A stretch of 64,000 bases of DNA, from positions 23,476 through 87,475 of the IMG/VR virus record IMGVR_UViG_3300044608_001826; one strand, written 5' to 3'. A model generated the notes under the pieces. That model was not told the DNA's origin, did not search any database, and saw only the letters and a list, made by a program, of their open reading frames with translations. A program made the translations under genes and the position numbers. Below, piece by piece: positions 1 through 9,537 of the stretch; the first letter of the stretch is position 1, and every line of letters begins with the position of its first letter. Source of the DNA: a virus.

Positions 1-798
1 TATTTCTCCCGTTACTCGTTTAGGTAGTTTTTCGCCATCCGGCAGGCGAGCGTTTAGTTCCAGTACGAATTTATGAGTTTTTTCTTCAACTTCTTTTTCT
101 ACTTTAATTTTTAAGTCCTTTAATTTTTGAATGTCAACATTAAATCCTGTGCGACACATCATGGCCACAGGACGTATGCACTGACTTTCTAAAGAGTAAA
201 TCGATAGCAGGTTCTCTTCTTTTAGTTCTTCGAGCTGCTGTCGGGCGATAAGAGGTAGGACTAAAACGTCCTTAGCGGAGTACTTAATCTGTTCTTCGTT
301 AAGTTCGTCTGCGCTCCAGTCAGACACTTGCTGCTCTTTATCTAGTTCGAGGCCCAGCCTTCTTTCAGCCACGGCTTTCAAACTGCAGGAAATATCTGCG
401 AAGTAAGGCTTTTTCGTCTTTGGGGCTATCTTTCTTTCTTTGAAACCTGCTCTCAGTACCTTCTCGGCAATAAACGTACAGAAAACACGGTTTTTATAAT
501 CGCAGTTTATGGAGTAAAGAAACTGCAGATCGAAGTTTGCGTTGTGGATTACTAATGTTTCTCTCGATTCTATGTAGGTTTTAATTGGTTTCGATGAGAT
601 TTTAAACATATCGAACACATAAACGATTTTATCTTCTTCACTTTCTTGCTCAGCAGAGCACATTTGGACTAAGCGAAGCTTGGCCACCCAACTGTCTAAA
701 CCAGTTGTTTCTGTGTCCAACGCTATTTTTTTAGAGTCCTCCAGGTCAAGTAAAGCTTGTTTTGCTTCAACGTCTGATGTGATGTACTTAACTTTCAT
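1..798 (-). CDS. DNA polymerase family A, N-terminal 3'-5' exonuclease domain (runs off the window edge)
   Basis: Not in the ORF track. Manual translation from ATG at 798: MKVKYITSDVEAKQALLDLEDSKKIALDTETTGLD (ExoI) ... IHNANFDLQF (ExoII) ... SDWS ... QIKYSAKDV (ExoIII). Confidence 0.9.
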   Translation of the reverse strand, partial: MKVKYITSDVEAKQALLDLEDSKKIALDTETTGLDSWVAKLRLVQMCSAEQESEEDKIVYVFDMFKISSKPIKTYIESRETLVIHNANFDLQFLYSINCDYKNRVFCTFIAEKVLRAGFKERKIAPKTKKPYFADISCSLKAVAERRLGLELDKEQQVSDWSADELNEEQIKYSAKDVLVLPLIARQQLEELKEENLLSIYSLESQCIRPVAMMCRTGFNVDIQKLKDLKIKVEKEVEEKTHKFVLELNARLPDGEKLPKRVTGEI

Positions 799-814
799 GA
801 GGTTTTTTGGGAAT

Positions 815-840
815 AAAAGAGCCGCCTTTTCAGACGGCTC
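815..840 (-). terminator. Intrinsic terminator
   Basis: Minus strand GAGCCGTC-TGAAAA-GGCGGCTC followed by TTTT, downstream of the 869 stop. Confidence 0.65.
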
Positions 841-868
841 GGGAGGGCGTGTCTTTTCAGGAGCTAGT

Positions 869-1657
869 CTACGATGCTTGGCGCTGCCCGTGGAAGTTCA
901 TACGAATATAGTTATCGATATCCGCCCACGTCTCGTAGAGATCTTTACCTTTTTCTGTCGCTTTGAAGGAGTAGTACACACGCTGCATCTGCTCGGCATT
1001 CGGAGAGGTCTCGCGGTACGGAGAACCAGTAGAAAGCCTCCGCCGTGAGCGGACGAGACCCTCCTCAACGCAGTAAGCAAGCCCCTCCCGTAAACCTAAG
1101 TAGATCGGAGCCACGTGGAAGGTATGCCTGCGCTCAACCCCGTCACGGAGGAGGAGCGGCACCAAGGCACCTTCTTTAAACTCGAATCCTTTGAAGAACT
1201 TAGAGTTCTTTGCAACCGTAGGGTCGTTCCACATAAGGTTCGCAAAGAAGATCGCAGTTTCTCTCAGAGTCGACTCCTCCTTTGTTGACAACATCCTCAT
1301 AATCATCGCAGCTCCTATCATCGGGTAGGAGGAGGACATGTTTATATCACTAATAATATCTTCTACGCTTTTTGTTTCATCTTTATATGGAATGATGTTT
1401 ACTATTGTGTTTTTATTTTCTTTCTTCTTTGGAGCTTTATCCTTTGAAACGGATATCTTAAAAGCGAGAGAAGCAAGCTCTTGATTCTGGGTTTTTACAG
1501 CGAGATCAAAGAGTTTGCTACTGTTGAGTTCATCGACATTTACATAATCAGTAATGTCGATGTTGAGGGGTTTTTTGATCTTTGAGCTGGTCTGGATCAA
1601 AGCTTCCGCCTCTGCGTACAAGAGGGGTGAACCATGCAAAGAGAATTGAATGTCCAT
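869..1657 (-). CDS. Hypothetical protein (possible winged-helix-like C-terminus)
   Basis: Long ORF; ATG at 1657 (MDIQFSLHG) preferred because it avoids overlap with the upstream gene. Confidence 0.65.
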   Translation of the reverse strand: MDIQFSLHGSPLLYAEAEALIQTSSKIKKPLNIDITDYVNVDELNSSKLFDLAVKTQNQELASLAFKISVSKDKAPKKKENKNTIVNIIPYKDETKSVEDIISDINMSSSYPMIGAAMIMRMLSTKEESTLRETAIFFANLMWNDPTVAKNSKFFKGFEFKEGALVPLLLRDGVERRHTFHVAPIYLGLREGLAYCVEEGLVRSRRRLSTGSPYRETSPNAEQMQRVYYSFKATEKGKDLYETWADIDNYIRMNFHGQRQAS

Positions 1658-1725
1658 GTCAAAGGAAGGTCGGACTATGCAATGGTATCGAATAGACCCT
1701 GAAGAGCAGCCCCAATAATATTTAT

Positions 1726-2190
1726 TTAATATTTGGGTTCGAGCGAGGCTTCCCTGAATACGGCTTCGATGTTCTCGCTCCACTGCTTGATCTCGCAGGC
1801 TATGTCCAAGCTGAGGTCGCAAAAATCTTGTGCGTCCAATCGAATGTCCTTAGACAACATTCTTAAATCCTCTACGCCAAAATTTAAGTCTGTGTAAGTA
1901 GATATCGGTAAGGTTACGTCGTAAACAGCCCCCGTGGGGGAAGGAACCCCTTCAGTGTTTATATCTAATTGGGGCTTTAGCAGATTGAATGTCCCTAAGT
2001 TCTTTCTGTACTCAATTAGGCATCCATTGAAACGTTTGCAGCAAACAAACTCTTTCGGTTCATCTATATAATCTATCGCTATCTTTATGCAGGAGTGAAC
2101 CCAATTATATAAAATCTCCAAAGAGTTTTCAGTTAACTCATACTTTTGTAGGACATCCAGAATCGTCGCACTGCAGTCATCTTTTGACAT
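1726..2190 (-). CDS. Hypothetical protein
   Basis: ATG at 2190 overlaps the stop of the upstream ORF (translational coupling). Confidence 0.6.
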   Translation of the reverse strand: MSKDDCSATILDVLQKYELTENSLEILYNWVHSCIKIAIDYIDEPKEFVCCKRFNGCLIEYRKNLGTFNLLKPQLDINTEGVPSPTGAVYDVTLPISTYTDLNFGVEDLRMLSKDIRLDAQDFCDLSLDIACEIKQWSENIEAVFREASLEPKY

Positions 2191-2393
2191 CAGAATTCTT
2201 GCAGCGCTTTCCAAACCATCTTCCCATCTATCCTTCCTACACAGATGAATAATTTATCCTCTGTTGTATTCCACCACAGTGCCCCGAGTCGAGCTTTATG
2301 AGGGAGATCAGGACCATCGTCAACCTTCTGATCATTACCTACGTAACGATCATGTACGGAGCGGATAACGTCTGCTGGGGAGTCAGGAGCCAT
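2190..2393 (-). CDS. Small hypothetical protein with one tail-fibre-like G-x-LW-x-N repeat
   Basis: GALWWNTTEDKLFIC...W resembles the repeat units in 63064..63969. Confidence 0.55.
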   Translation of the reverse strand: MAPDSPADVIRSVHDRYVGNDQKVDDGPDLPHKARLGALWWNTTEDKLFICVGRIDGKMVWKALQEF

Positions 2394-2409
2394 CGTAGGA
2401 TCACCAATT

Positions 2410-3960
2410 TCAGTTTAAACATTTCTGAATAACATCAATGGTTTTATCTGCGTCGTTAATGTCTACACTGTAAACATCATCGCTGAAGGATCTGCACACG
2501 GGAGGTACTGTTGTATTTATACACACAGTGCTCCATTGAACTCCTTTGTTCTTTTTAAGATCATTGAGTTCTTTTATTCTACTCGTGTTGACTTCGCTTT
2601 CGCCGTCCGTAATCAAGAGGATGTCGGATTTTTCTAACAGGGTAGGCGACCTCAGAGCGTGGATAAGAACAGCGTTGAAGGATGTGCCGCCCCCAAGAGT
2701 CCACGTCCCAACAAAGTTTAAAAGCTCTGTATTCTTCTTGTCGTCTCCTTTTAGTTGAACTGATCCGTTTATCTGGGTGTCGAAGAGATGAATCTCAACG
2801 TCTCTCTTGTTTTTAGCTGCTTCCTCCGCAACCATGAACGCGATTGCTTTGCTCCACAGTTCCGGTTGACCGGACATAGAGCCTGATGTATCGATGTAAA
2901 CGATTATCGGACCTTTGCCGATATCCTTTCTATGTGCTGTGTAGTCTTTAGTAAGCAAGCTCTTCTGAGTGTACCTGAGAGCGAACAAAGCTTTACCTTC
3001 CGGACTTGAAGCCAGTGCCATCTCTGCTGGGAATGCTCGAACAATATCGTCACTAAAAGAGACTCCCTTAATCTCTTCGTAAGTTGAAGCTATTTTCTTA
3101 GCTCGCTTACGCTCCTGCCAGATCCTGCGAAGAGCTCCAAGCTTTTCGACTAGCTTGCGAAGCTCGCGATTCGAGCGCAGTTTTTTAGCCAGCTCCAGCT
3201 TCTCCTGAAGGTTTGTCGTGTGCTTCCCTTTTCCCGGAGTGTCACCGTGGAGAGCACTGAGAGCCTCCGAAATATCGTCATTAGCCTGCAGAGCTCGGTC
3301 AACAACCTTCTGCGTTTTACTCTGCATAGTTGGCTGTAGCTCTTGTAAAGCTTCTAAGATTTTCTGTCCCAACTTCTTACCTTGTTGCCTCGCCTTCTCA
3401 GCTTCTTCTTTATCGCCAGCTGCATTAGCTTCTGCGAATTTCTCTCTCAGTTTTTCGAGCTCGTCGCCAGATCCGGTGAGAAGCTTTACGTCAAACTTCG
3501 ACTGCTCTATTGCTTCTTCGATTACTTTCGATAACTCGTTCAGGATGTTGATGGCATTATTACCTGCATTAAATTGATTCCCAACACTGCGCTCAAGCAA
3601 AGCTGGCCATGCTGCTGCCTGAGAGAGGTGAGCCATTATGGAGTACCACAAGGAATTCTCCGGCTTGTACCCTTGCGGGACAGCGCTGGTGTCACCATCA
3701 CAGAAAGCCCTGAAGTAGTCTTCGAATGCACTTTCTGTGACTAACCACGCAACATCATCTGCGTTATAAAGACGTTCAAATAACTCTTTGCCGAAGCGTG
3801 AGAGTTGTTTGATGTTGTATTGCTCTACAAGGTAGGTGATCGAAGGACGCGAATCCCTGATGAAGTCGTCCCATAAGAAGTCCGCAAGGGCGGAGCAAGC
3901 GAGTGTGAGAGGCTGTTCGTTTACAAGGCGGACAAATTCAGTCTGTTTGTCTTGTGTCAT
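2410..3960 (-). CDS. ViaA-like VWA-domain protein
   Basis: C-terminal MIDAS motifs DTSGSM, LGGGTSF, LITDGES; adjacent to a MoxR/RavA AAA+ gene. Confidence 0.88.
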   Translation of the reverse strand: MTQDKQTEFVRLVNEQPLTLACSALADFLWDDFIRDSRPSITYLVEQYNIKQLSRFGKELFERLYNADDVAWLVTESAFEDYFRAFCDGDTSAVPQGYKPENSLWYSIMAHLSQAAAWPALLERSVGNQFNAGNNAINILNELSKVIEEAIEQSKFDVKLLTGSGDELEKLREKFAEANAAGDKEEAEKARQQGKKLGQKILEALQELQPTMQSKTQKVVDRALQANDDISEALSALHGDTPGKGKHTTNLQEKLELAKKLRSNRELRKLVEKLGALRRIWQERKRAKKIASTYEEIKGVSFSDDIVRAFPAEMALASSPEGKALFALRYTQKSLLTKDYTAHRKDIGKGPIIVYIDTSGSMSGQPELWSKAIAFMVAEEAAKNKRDVEIHLFDTQINGSVQLKGDDKKNTELLNFVGTWTLGGGTSFNAVLIHALRSPTLLEKSDILLITDGESEVNTSRIKELNDLKKNKGVQWSTVCINTTVPPVCRSFSDDVYSVDINDADKTIDVIQKCLN

Positions 3961-4120
3961 TTTGTTGCAGGAGTTTAAGTAATTGAACTTTTTTCTCCTC
4001 TACCAAGTGAGCAGAGGATACTGTAGCAGTTAACCCAGATACGTGCTGCACCTTGTAGCAATCGTTGCCGCACGTATCTACGTAGAAGTTTACATCAAAC
4101 TCTGTATCGTCTATGATCAC
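3938..4120 (-). CDS. Small hypothetical protein
   Basis: Fills the gap between the AAA and VWA genes with a coupled start/stop. Confidence 0.55.
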   Translation of the reverse strand: MIIDDTEFDVNFYVDTCGNDCYKVQHVSGLTATVSSAHLVEEKKVQLLKLLQQNDTRQTD

Positions 4121-5304
4121 CCGCTGAGCTCACTAATCTCTTTCGCTAGTGTATCGCAGTTATTCTCTAAAGCTTGAATAAGCTTCATCCCATTGGATCG
4201 TGAGGTTATCGACATCCTGTAACGGCTGCTATCGATAATTTCATTGACTTTCTCTTTAACTGTCACCATATCCTTGTAGTACTTTTTCAAGAGCCCGACA
4301 AACTCATTGAGGTCACCTAAGCCCTTTCCCTGATACCTGTGGGAGTACGTAGTGAACTCCGACATGATCCCTGCAGCAGCTCGCTTAGCGTCGCTGAAAA
4401 TCTTATCTGCTGTCGGGATTTCTTGATCTAAGACTTCCTTAATAACACCTTGATCCTCTTCGTTTTGATAAACAATATGGACAAGGCTGTCGTGCATGTG
4501 CTCTGCATACAGTTCATCGTCGCCTTGAACTACTGCCCACGCTTTGAGGAACTTGAGAATCTGCACTCGCCGCCTGTCAGAAACAGTGATGTTTCTGCTG
4601 GCAAGAAGGTCCCATACTGAGCTGTACTTAGTGAGGAACTCTTCCCCAACCTGAACAGAGGCTACATGTTCTTGAAGTTCCTTTAACTCTGACAGAGTTA
4701 GGCAATCCGTAACGGTAGGGCGCTGCGTGATACCCAAAGCCCATTCGTCTAGCTTTCGCTTTGATACGGGCTTCCTAAGCAGATTCACCGTGGGGCGGAA
4801 CAGGAAACGATCCGCGAAAGCCTGCAAGGATTCCTCCTCCGGCCAGCTATTCGTCGCGGCGATTATTGACTCAATCGGCGTGGTGATTACGTCCTTGCCG
4901 TTATTGAAAGTTCGCTCATTAAGGAGAGTCAAGAGAGAGTTCAGGATTGCCGAGCTACCACGGAACAGCTCGTCTAGAAAAGCAATATGTGCGCTAGGCA
5001 AATAGCCATCCACATCACGAGTGTACTCATCGTTAAGCAGTTTCGTTACTGCTACTGGACCGAAAACCTCTGAGGGATCTGTTGTTGGTGTTAGAAGATA
5101 GCCGAAGTAGTTAGCGTCTACGATACCGTTACACACGCTTCGTACTAAGTCAGACTTACCTGTACCAGGAACCCCCAGAAGAAATGCGTTCTGTTTGCTA
5201 AGGATGCACGCAAGCAGCCCATCGATAACATGTTCCCGTTCTAGGGTCGCTGCGTTTAGATCGCTCCGAAAGTTTTGAAGTTTGGCGAAGAGAGTGTCGT
5301 TCAT
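4117..5304 (-). CDS. MoxR/RavA-family AAA+ ATPase
   Basis: Walker A GVPGTGKS, Walker B AFLDELF, LNSLLTLLNER, AATN sensor, AFADRF arginine finger, SDRR. Confidence 0.92.
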   Translation of the reverse strand: MNDTLFAKLQNFRSDLNAATLEREHVIDGLLACILSKQNAFLLGVPGTGKSDLVRSVCNGIVDANYFGYLLTPTTDPSEVFGPVAVTKLLNDEYTRDVDGYLPSAHIAFLDELFRGSSAILNSLLTLLNERTFNNGKDVITTPIESIIAATNSWPEEESLQAFADRFLFRPTVNLLRKPVSKRKLDEWALGITQRPTVTDCLTLSELKELQEHVASVQVGEEFLTKYSSVWDLLASRNITVSDRRRVQILKFLKAWAVVQGDDELYAEHMHDSLVHIVYQNEEDQGVIKEVLDQEIPTADKIFSDAKRAAAGIMSEFTTYSHRYQGKGLGDLNEFVGLLKKYYKDMVTVKEKVNEIIDSSRYRMSITSRSNGMKLIQALENNCDTLAKEISELSG

Positions 5305-5311
5305 TGGAAGG

Positions 5312-5530
5312 TCAGAAGGAGGATTCAAGAAGGGAATTTTTTCGTGGGAAAGGGACTGTTTCCTCAGTGATCCAGCACTGAGTGTTTAAGTAGCCGCTCA
5401 CAGTTTTAAGTCTGTTAGTTGCGGTATCAAAACTCGCAAACTGAACGGCTTTATCTACGGCGTACGTATACTTTTCTACGTCTTGTAGAAAACCTTTCTC
5501 GGATTTGATGACGAAAACAGTGCGGTCCAT
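5312..5530 (-). CDS. Small hypothetical protein
   Basis: Coupled to the stop of the upstream ORF at 5530. Confidence 0.55.
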   Translation of the reverse strand: MDRTVFVIKSEKGFLQDVEKYTYAVDKAVQFASFDTATNRLKTVSGYLNTQCWITEETVPFPRKNSLLESSF

Positions 5531-6738
5531 TAGAAGTCAGGTTCGTTAATGGGTTTGGTTTCGGTCTCGTCTTTTGTGACGCTTTCGATTAAGCCATCGA
5601 GATTCTCACTCATGGCACCGATTAGTTCCTTGCGTTGATTCATGAGCTTCTTAAGTTGTTTTGATCGTTGTGCGTAAATGTCTAGTTCAAGGTTTACGTC
5701 TTTTGTAAGGAGGTTTAAAGCATTAGCATTCTCAGCTGTCTTAATCCGTTCACACAGAGTCTTGTATGTCGAAGACAGTGCTAAGGATTGTTTAAGAGCT
5801 TCTAGTCCTTTTGTCGAGTCTCTGTTTTCACAGATCTCCTCAAGCTCCTTCCGAATCTCGTCTTGGACTTCGAAGAATCTCTCTGTAGCTTTCTGGCGAA
5901 CGCCTCTGTCGCTTGCTTGGATGTCCACTCCAGTTTGTAGAAGTGAATCCGCGAGTTCTGTCAGCTTCTCAAAGCCAGCAACACTGTTACTGATTAGCTT
6001 CAGTTTCTGCGCAGTGATCTGCCAACTACCTCTTTTCTTATCTCCTCCCGTTTGTTGCTTACCGATCTTTGTGATGTGACGAGAGTCGAGATCATCTAGA
6101 AGTTCTGAACTAAGCATCAAAGCTTTGTCAGCCGCATTATTCTGAGCAGCTTCGAGAACTTGCTGAGTATTGATCTGATTCTCATAAATGAGGAGGCTAT
6201 CCAAGTCCCCTTCAACCGGTTTTTCTACCCGCTCCATCGATACAGGGAGTGGACCGAGAACAGAAACTCGAATCGGAGCTTTGTACTCTTCCTTCGTGGG
6301 GAAGAACTTCATGTAAGCATCGAAAGCGAGTTTGAACTCTTGGTCGTCGCTAAACAAAGGGCGCAGGATACCTTCTGCTGTTTGCTCCCATGCTTGGTAC
6401 TCGTTTTCCCAGAGGTCTTTCAGTTTGTCGTTTGATTCCTTGGCTTTAGCTCGAATGTCTTTGATCAGCGCGTTAGCAGAATAAAAGTAGGTAGCAGTGA
6501 CAAAGTGAGCGTCACCACTATGAATGCAATAGCCGTCATAAAGTTCACGCTGCATAACGCGAAGGTTATCAAGCTCCGCTTTAAGTGCATTTGAGAGATT
6601 TGGGCGAAGGCTGACGGTGTTGTTCTTCTGAAGGGTTTCGATAACCGATTTAGGGAGTTTTAAGTCATCGAACTTAATCTGTACTGACTGACGTACGTCA
6701 GCGGAGATGGAGCAGGAAAGCAAATAATGTGAGGTCAT
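5530..6738 (-). CDS. Helical/coiled-coil protein upstream of the AAA/VWA pair (DUF3150-like position)
   Basis: 402-aa ORF; family call is from gene context only. Confidence 0.6.
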   Translation of the reverse strand: MTSHYLLSCSISADVRQSVQIKFDDLKLPKSVIETLQKNNTVSLRPNLSNALKAELDNLRVMQRELYDGYCIHSGDAHFVTATYFYSANALIKDIRAKAKESNDKLKDLWENEYQAWEQTAEGILRPLFSDDQEFKLAFDAYMKFFPTKEEYKAPIRVSVLGPLPVSMERVEKPVEGDLDSLLIYENQINTQQVLEAAQNNAADKALMLSSELLDDLDSRHITKIGKQQTGGDKKRGSWQITAQKLKLISNSVAGFEKLTELADSLLQTGVDIQASDRGVRQKATERFFEVQDEIRKELEEICENRDSTKGLEALKQSLALSSTYKTLCERIKTAENANALNLLTKDVNLELDIYAQRSKQLKKLMNQRKELIGAMSENLDGLIESVTKDETETKPINEPDF

Positions 6739-7012
6739 TTGGGTTAGTTAAATGGCGAATGTGTTTGCGTGAAGAAAATCGCCTCTTCTTATTCAGAAGA
6801 GGCCCTCCATCACACCGGGTCATCCCCGTGGGAAGCTTAGCGCCCTTTACAAGAAATCGGAAGAGCTTCCGTTTCTTTACAGAGTGGTTTAGTATCGTAC
6901 GATACGGTTGGATCAATCCCTAGTGCTCCGCAGATGGCTACAGTGCACACAAATGAACCAAGAGCAAAACAGATTACTTTCTGTGTGAGTTCGTTCATTT
7001 GCTCGATCCTCC

Positions 7013-7435
7013 TTACTTGATACGAGAGAAAGCGAGAACGATCTTGTCGGTGACTCGATCGCATTCACCTTTAGCTACCAGCTCTTCAACTTCGTGCTTA
7101 AGTTGCATCTTCGCGAGCTTAAGCTCACTCTCTAGTTTATTCACTTTGTCAGCTAGTTTCTCCAGCTTATTGTGTTGGGCAGGTTTCTTATGAATACGAA
7201 CAACGATGTTTGTATTAAATTGCGGAAATTTGAAACGGCTATCTGCTCCGGCGAACACGCTCAGGTCGAGCCCTTCAGTATCTGCGAGGGTAATGTCTCT
7301 CAGCAAATTATCTTTTGTCGCTTGGTAGGGAACGCCAAACGAACTATTGAGTTGTTGGCTTGCTTCGTCAAACTCATCGAAAGCTTCTGCCGCTTTCGTA
7401 GCTAGCGTGACAAGCTGCGTGGTTTTAATGGTCAT
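7013..7435 (-). CDS. Hypothetical coiled-coil protein
   Basis: 140-aa ORF after a CA-rich leader and an extended -10 (TGCTATACT, about 7498-7506, minus strand). Confidence 0.65.
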   Translation of the reverse strand: MTIKTTQLVTLATKAAEAFDEFDEASQQLNSSFGVPYQATKDNLLRDITLADTEGLDLSVFAGADSRFKFPQFNTNIVVRIHKKPAQHNKLEKLADKVNKLESELKLAKMQLKHEVEELVAKGECDRVTDKIVLAFSRIK

Positions 7436-7536
7436 CAGGAGTTTATGTGATGTGTTTGTGCGCCACGTTTGGTCGGGCCGGTGCCGCCCGTATGCTCAGT
7501 ATAGCACGCTGGGAGTTTTAAAGTGCTGTGTGACAG

Positions 7537-7613
7537 TCGGGACCGGAGGAATCAAACCCCGCTCGTACTGGTGAAAACTCCCATAAACACGCAGCAGCCA
7601 TCAGGCGTCCCGA
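7537..7613 (-). ncRNA. Degenerate tRNA-like element
   Basis: Terminal stem TCGGGAC/GTCCCGA and T-arm-like GGGG-TTTGATT-CCTC; no canonical anticodon arm. Confidence 0.35.
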
Positions 7614-8241
7614 TGTATTCGTTTTAGCTAAGTTACCTTTTCGGGTACAGAGCTACTTGATTGCTGGTTAGTTCAGGATGCTCCTTTAAAAGCATCGTTT
7701 TCGCTTCTGTCGTCGATTTTGCTTCGATTGAACCACTGTATGCCCAGTCTCCCCTCCGAATTTTCAGGAAAACGTCAAACTGTTGCTTGATCATCCGACT
7801 TTGAGTGAGCTCTTTGAGGGTAGACGAGTCTGCGTTCAACACAATAGCGAATAACCGCCCCGCGTGGAACAACCCCAACTTAACTTGAGTTTTAGTAACA
7901 CAATCTTCATGTAGTTACATTTTGAAATAGCTTGGCGAACCCTGTTATTTAAAAAACTTTTTATAGTTAGTCTTTACTTAACGCGAATTTCTCCGTTTGT
8001 GTAACTATAAATAGTGTAGAACTAAAACATGAAGGGAAGTAAAAGAGGTGTTTGTGTAACAGGGTGAACTCCGTAGTCGTCTGTTCGTCCATTATTGTAT
8101 AAATGGCTACCGGAGTTCCTATGTCCCCTGTTTACTTGATTTACTTAGCCAATGTGCGTAAGGCTCTCTCGCGCAAGGTGGCGGAAGGCAACTACAGCTT
8201 CAAACAAGACATCCAATCAGATCGGAAAGTGAAGGCTCCTA

Positions 8242-8427
8242 TCATCGCTTAATCTTCGTAATTTCCTTCATCTCGGGGATCGCGTTGCAGGCTTGAGCTA
8301 AGCCTGCTTCGAATCCGCTTGCGAAGATGAACGCTTCCTTGTCACTCTTAAAGTTTCGATCTGTCTCGAACTTTAAGTCCTTACCGTCTGAGTCTCTGAC
8401 AGTTACTTTAACTGTGTAGTAGTTCAT
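8242..8427 (-). CDS. Small early-region hypothetical protein
   Basis: ATG after a CA-rich leader; same strand as neighbours. Confidence 0.6.
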   Translation of the reverse strand: MNYYTVKVTVRDSDGKDLKFETDRNFKSDKEAFIFASGFEAGLAQACNAIPEMKEITKIKR

Positions 8428-8468
8428 GAGGTGTGAATGGTGTGTGATTTGCGCCTCGCGAAGCGAGC

Positions 8469-8684
8469 CTAGTTCGAATCCTTTTCGATGATCGCGACCA
8501 GATCGCGCCCGCGTGGGCTCAATCTAATGGTTTGGCCACAGTCCTTACGGTTACATCTGAGACCATTCCACCCAATCTCCTTCTTTGCTCTTCTCACAAC
8601 TGTATCTTCTTGGGCTTCGATGCAGAACTTCTCTGTCCATGTTTTCGCGGTGTCTGACACTTCGATGAAGTAATAGTTAGTCAT
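8469..8684 (-). CDS. Small early-region hypothetical protein
   Basis: ATGA overlap with the upstream ORF; VRRAKKEIGW phage-like motif. Confidence 0.65.
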   Translation of the reverse strand: MTNYYFIEVSDTAKTWTEKFCIEAQEDTVVRRAKKEIGWNGLRCNRKDCGQTIRLSPRGRDLVAIIEKDSN

Positions 8685-9034
8685 ACGTTGTCGAGATAAA
8701 AAGTGTTTGCTTCACAAAGAACGAAAGAAAGCGAAAAATACGGAGGATCTGAGTCAATCGGTGGGTAATACCTCGCATGAAACCCCCCACTTCCCACAGA
8801 TACTTCCTTTACAGATTCTCTTAATAACACTCTTGCCATACTCTTTAGCTTGGCGATTGATGGGACTTCATAACCATTTCCTGTTGTTGTTTGCCATTGC
8901 CAATCGAGTGCAGTCATAGCAACATGCACACGGGTGAAGTCAAACTCCTCAATGATGTCATCAATTTGGGCCTCAAGATTGTCCATGGTGTTTGCCGGTG
9001 GTAGATTGTTTGTGTTCCCGCTCTGTTTCGGCAT
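8681..9034 (-). CDS. Phage hypothetical protein (true start probably MDNLEAQ)
   Basis: IDDIIEEFDFTRVHVAMTALDWQW motif recalled from phage proteins. Confidence 0.65.
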   Translation of the reverse strand: MPKQSGNTNNLPPANTMDNLEAQIDDIIEEFDFTRVHVAMTALDWQWQTTTGNGYEVPSIAKLKSMARVLLRESVKEVSVGSGGFHARYYPPIDSDPPYFSLSFVLCEANTFYLDNV

Positions 9035-9139
9035 CGGGCTGGGTTAGCTGCCTGCGCCGGGGACCCATTTGGCAAGCGCAAAAAGCTACAGCGCCTAAGC
9101 CTCTGTACGTTCTTGAGACGTTTTACGCTTAGGCCATCT

Positions 9140-9209
9140 GGGGCGGTAGTCTATTGGTAAGGACAAGCGGACAACGCTTCGAAAGTCGGTTCGATTCCGA
9201 CACGCCTCC
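9140..9209 (+). ncRNA. Atypical tRNA-like element
   Basis: GGGGCG/CGCCTC acceptor, D-arm GTCT-ATTGGTAA-GGAC, perfect T-arm GTCGG-TTCGATT-CCGAC; anticodon arm AAGCG-GACAA-CGCTT has a 5-nt loop without U33. Confidence 0.6.
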
Positions 9210-9532
9210 TAACTTTGAAACGCAGGTAGCTCAGGCTGCGTGGAGATCTTTGTAACTTCGCCGGGCTCGAATGAGAGCCACCGAGTGTATTCAGATACAG
9301 TTACATTCACACGGACGCAGTGACGGTTTGTCCAACTAGCGAAGTCTTTGTGCAGTTGGTATAGTCCGCCCCAGTCGCAGCCTTCATCGAAGATTGCAAC
9401 GATGTGCCCATAGTTTCCTAGGCAAACAATAGCCCGCCGTGGGTTACCGTTTGCATCGTTTGATGAGCAAATGTGCAGAACATTGTTAACCCTACGCACG
9501 TTTGTGTCGTTGTAGTGAACAAAGTAAGTCAT
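9209..9532 (-). CDS. Early-region hypothetical protein
   Basis: 107-aa ORF with NDANGNPRR motif. Confidence 0.65.
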   Translation of the reverse strand: MTYFVHYNDTNVRRVNNVLHICSSNDANGNPRRAIVCLGNYGHIVAIFDEGCDWGGLYQLHKDFASWTNRHCVRVNVTVSEYTRWLSFEPGEVTKISTQPELPAFQS

Positions 9533-9537
9533 GGGTT

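Noticed and set aside
680-1048. Plus-strand 122-aa ORF and similar short opposite-strand ORFs throughout
   Set aside because: They overlap better-supported genes (here the DNA polymerase and 869..1657) on the other strand.
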